DNA of 64,000 bases, taken from Octopus vulgaris (Eukaryota). Shown piece by piece: positions 63,945 to 64,000 of the stretch. Where the stretch lies: contig OX597823.1 of assembly GCA_951406725.2 (NCBI GenBank), positions 65,534,001 to 65,598,000 on the forward strand, read 5' to 3'. Position 1 is the stretch's first letter. Each line of letters begins with the position of its first letter. A program made the translations under genes and the position numbers. The notes under the pieces are model-generated. The model was not told the origin of the DNA. It ran no database searches and saw only the letters and a list, made by a program, of their open reading frames with translations.

Positions 63945-64000
63945 AACAACAAAGAAGATGAGACAAATATTCGTCAAGTGTAAATAATGCAAATAACGTA

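Larger units (their letters stand above)
63569..64000. mobile_element. Inverted (tails-out) pair of family H1 HHR modules around a (CAT)n/(AAT)n spacer
   Basis: 63569-63760 is the reverse complement of 63840-64000. Both match the 3' part of 8769-9050. Confidence 0.92.

Overview
AT-rich, microsatellite-dense eukaryotic intronic or intergenic DNA. The SINE families and repeat landscape look like an octopus (coleoid cephalopod) genome; this is inference from recalled repeat sequences. No intact host protein-coding gene can be supported, and nearly all listed ORFs are microsatellite artefacts. The window holds decayed transposons: three Penelope-like (GIY-YIG) retroelement remnants, a Helitron with a broken PIF1-like helicase, an R4/Dong-like LINE, heavily decayed RTE-like and CR1/L2-like LINEs, mariner remnants, MITEs and several tRNA-derived SINE families. 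There is also one convincing CCAAT/CRE/AP-1/TATA Pol II promoter cluster near 30.4 kb. The most striking signal is about 14 minimal type-I hammerhead ribozyme (HHR) motifs in at least 6 sequence families. These include (i) a tRNA-headed (Pol III A/B box) + (TAA)n + HHR SINE-like element, (ii) a non-coding 480-nt tandem HHR repeat resembling a retrozyme, and (iii) HHRs in the tails of the Penelope remnants. Most occur in the tail-out inverted arrangement typical of Penelope integration, which suggests a set of ribozyme-bearing non-autonomous retroelements mobilised by Penelope enzymes.
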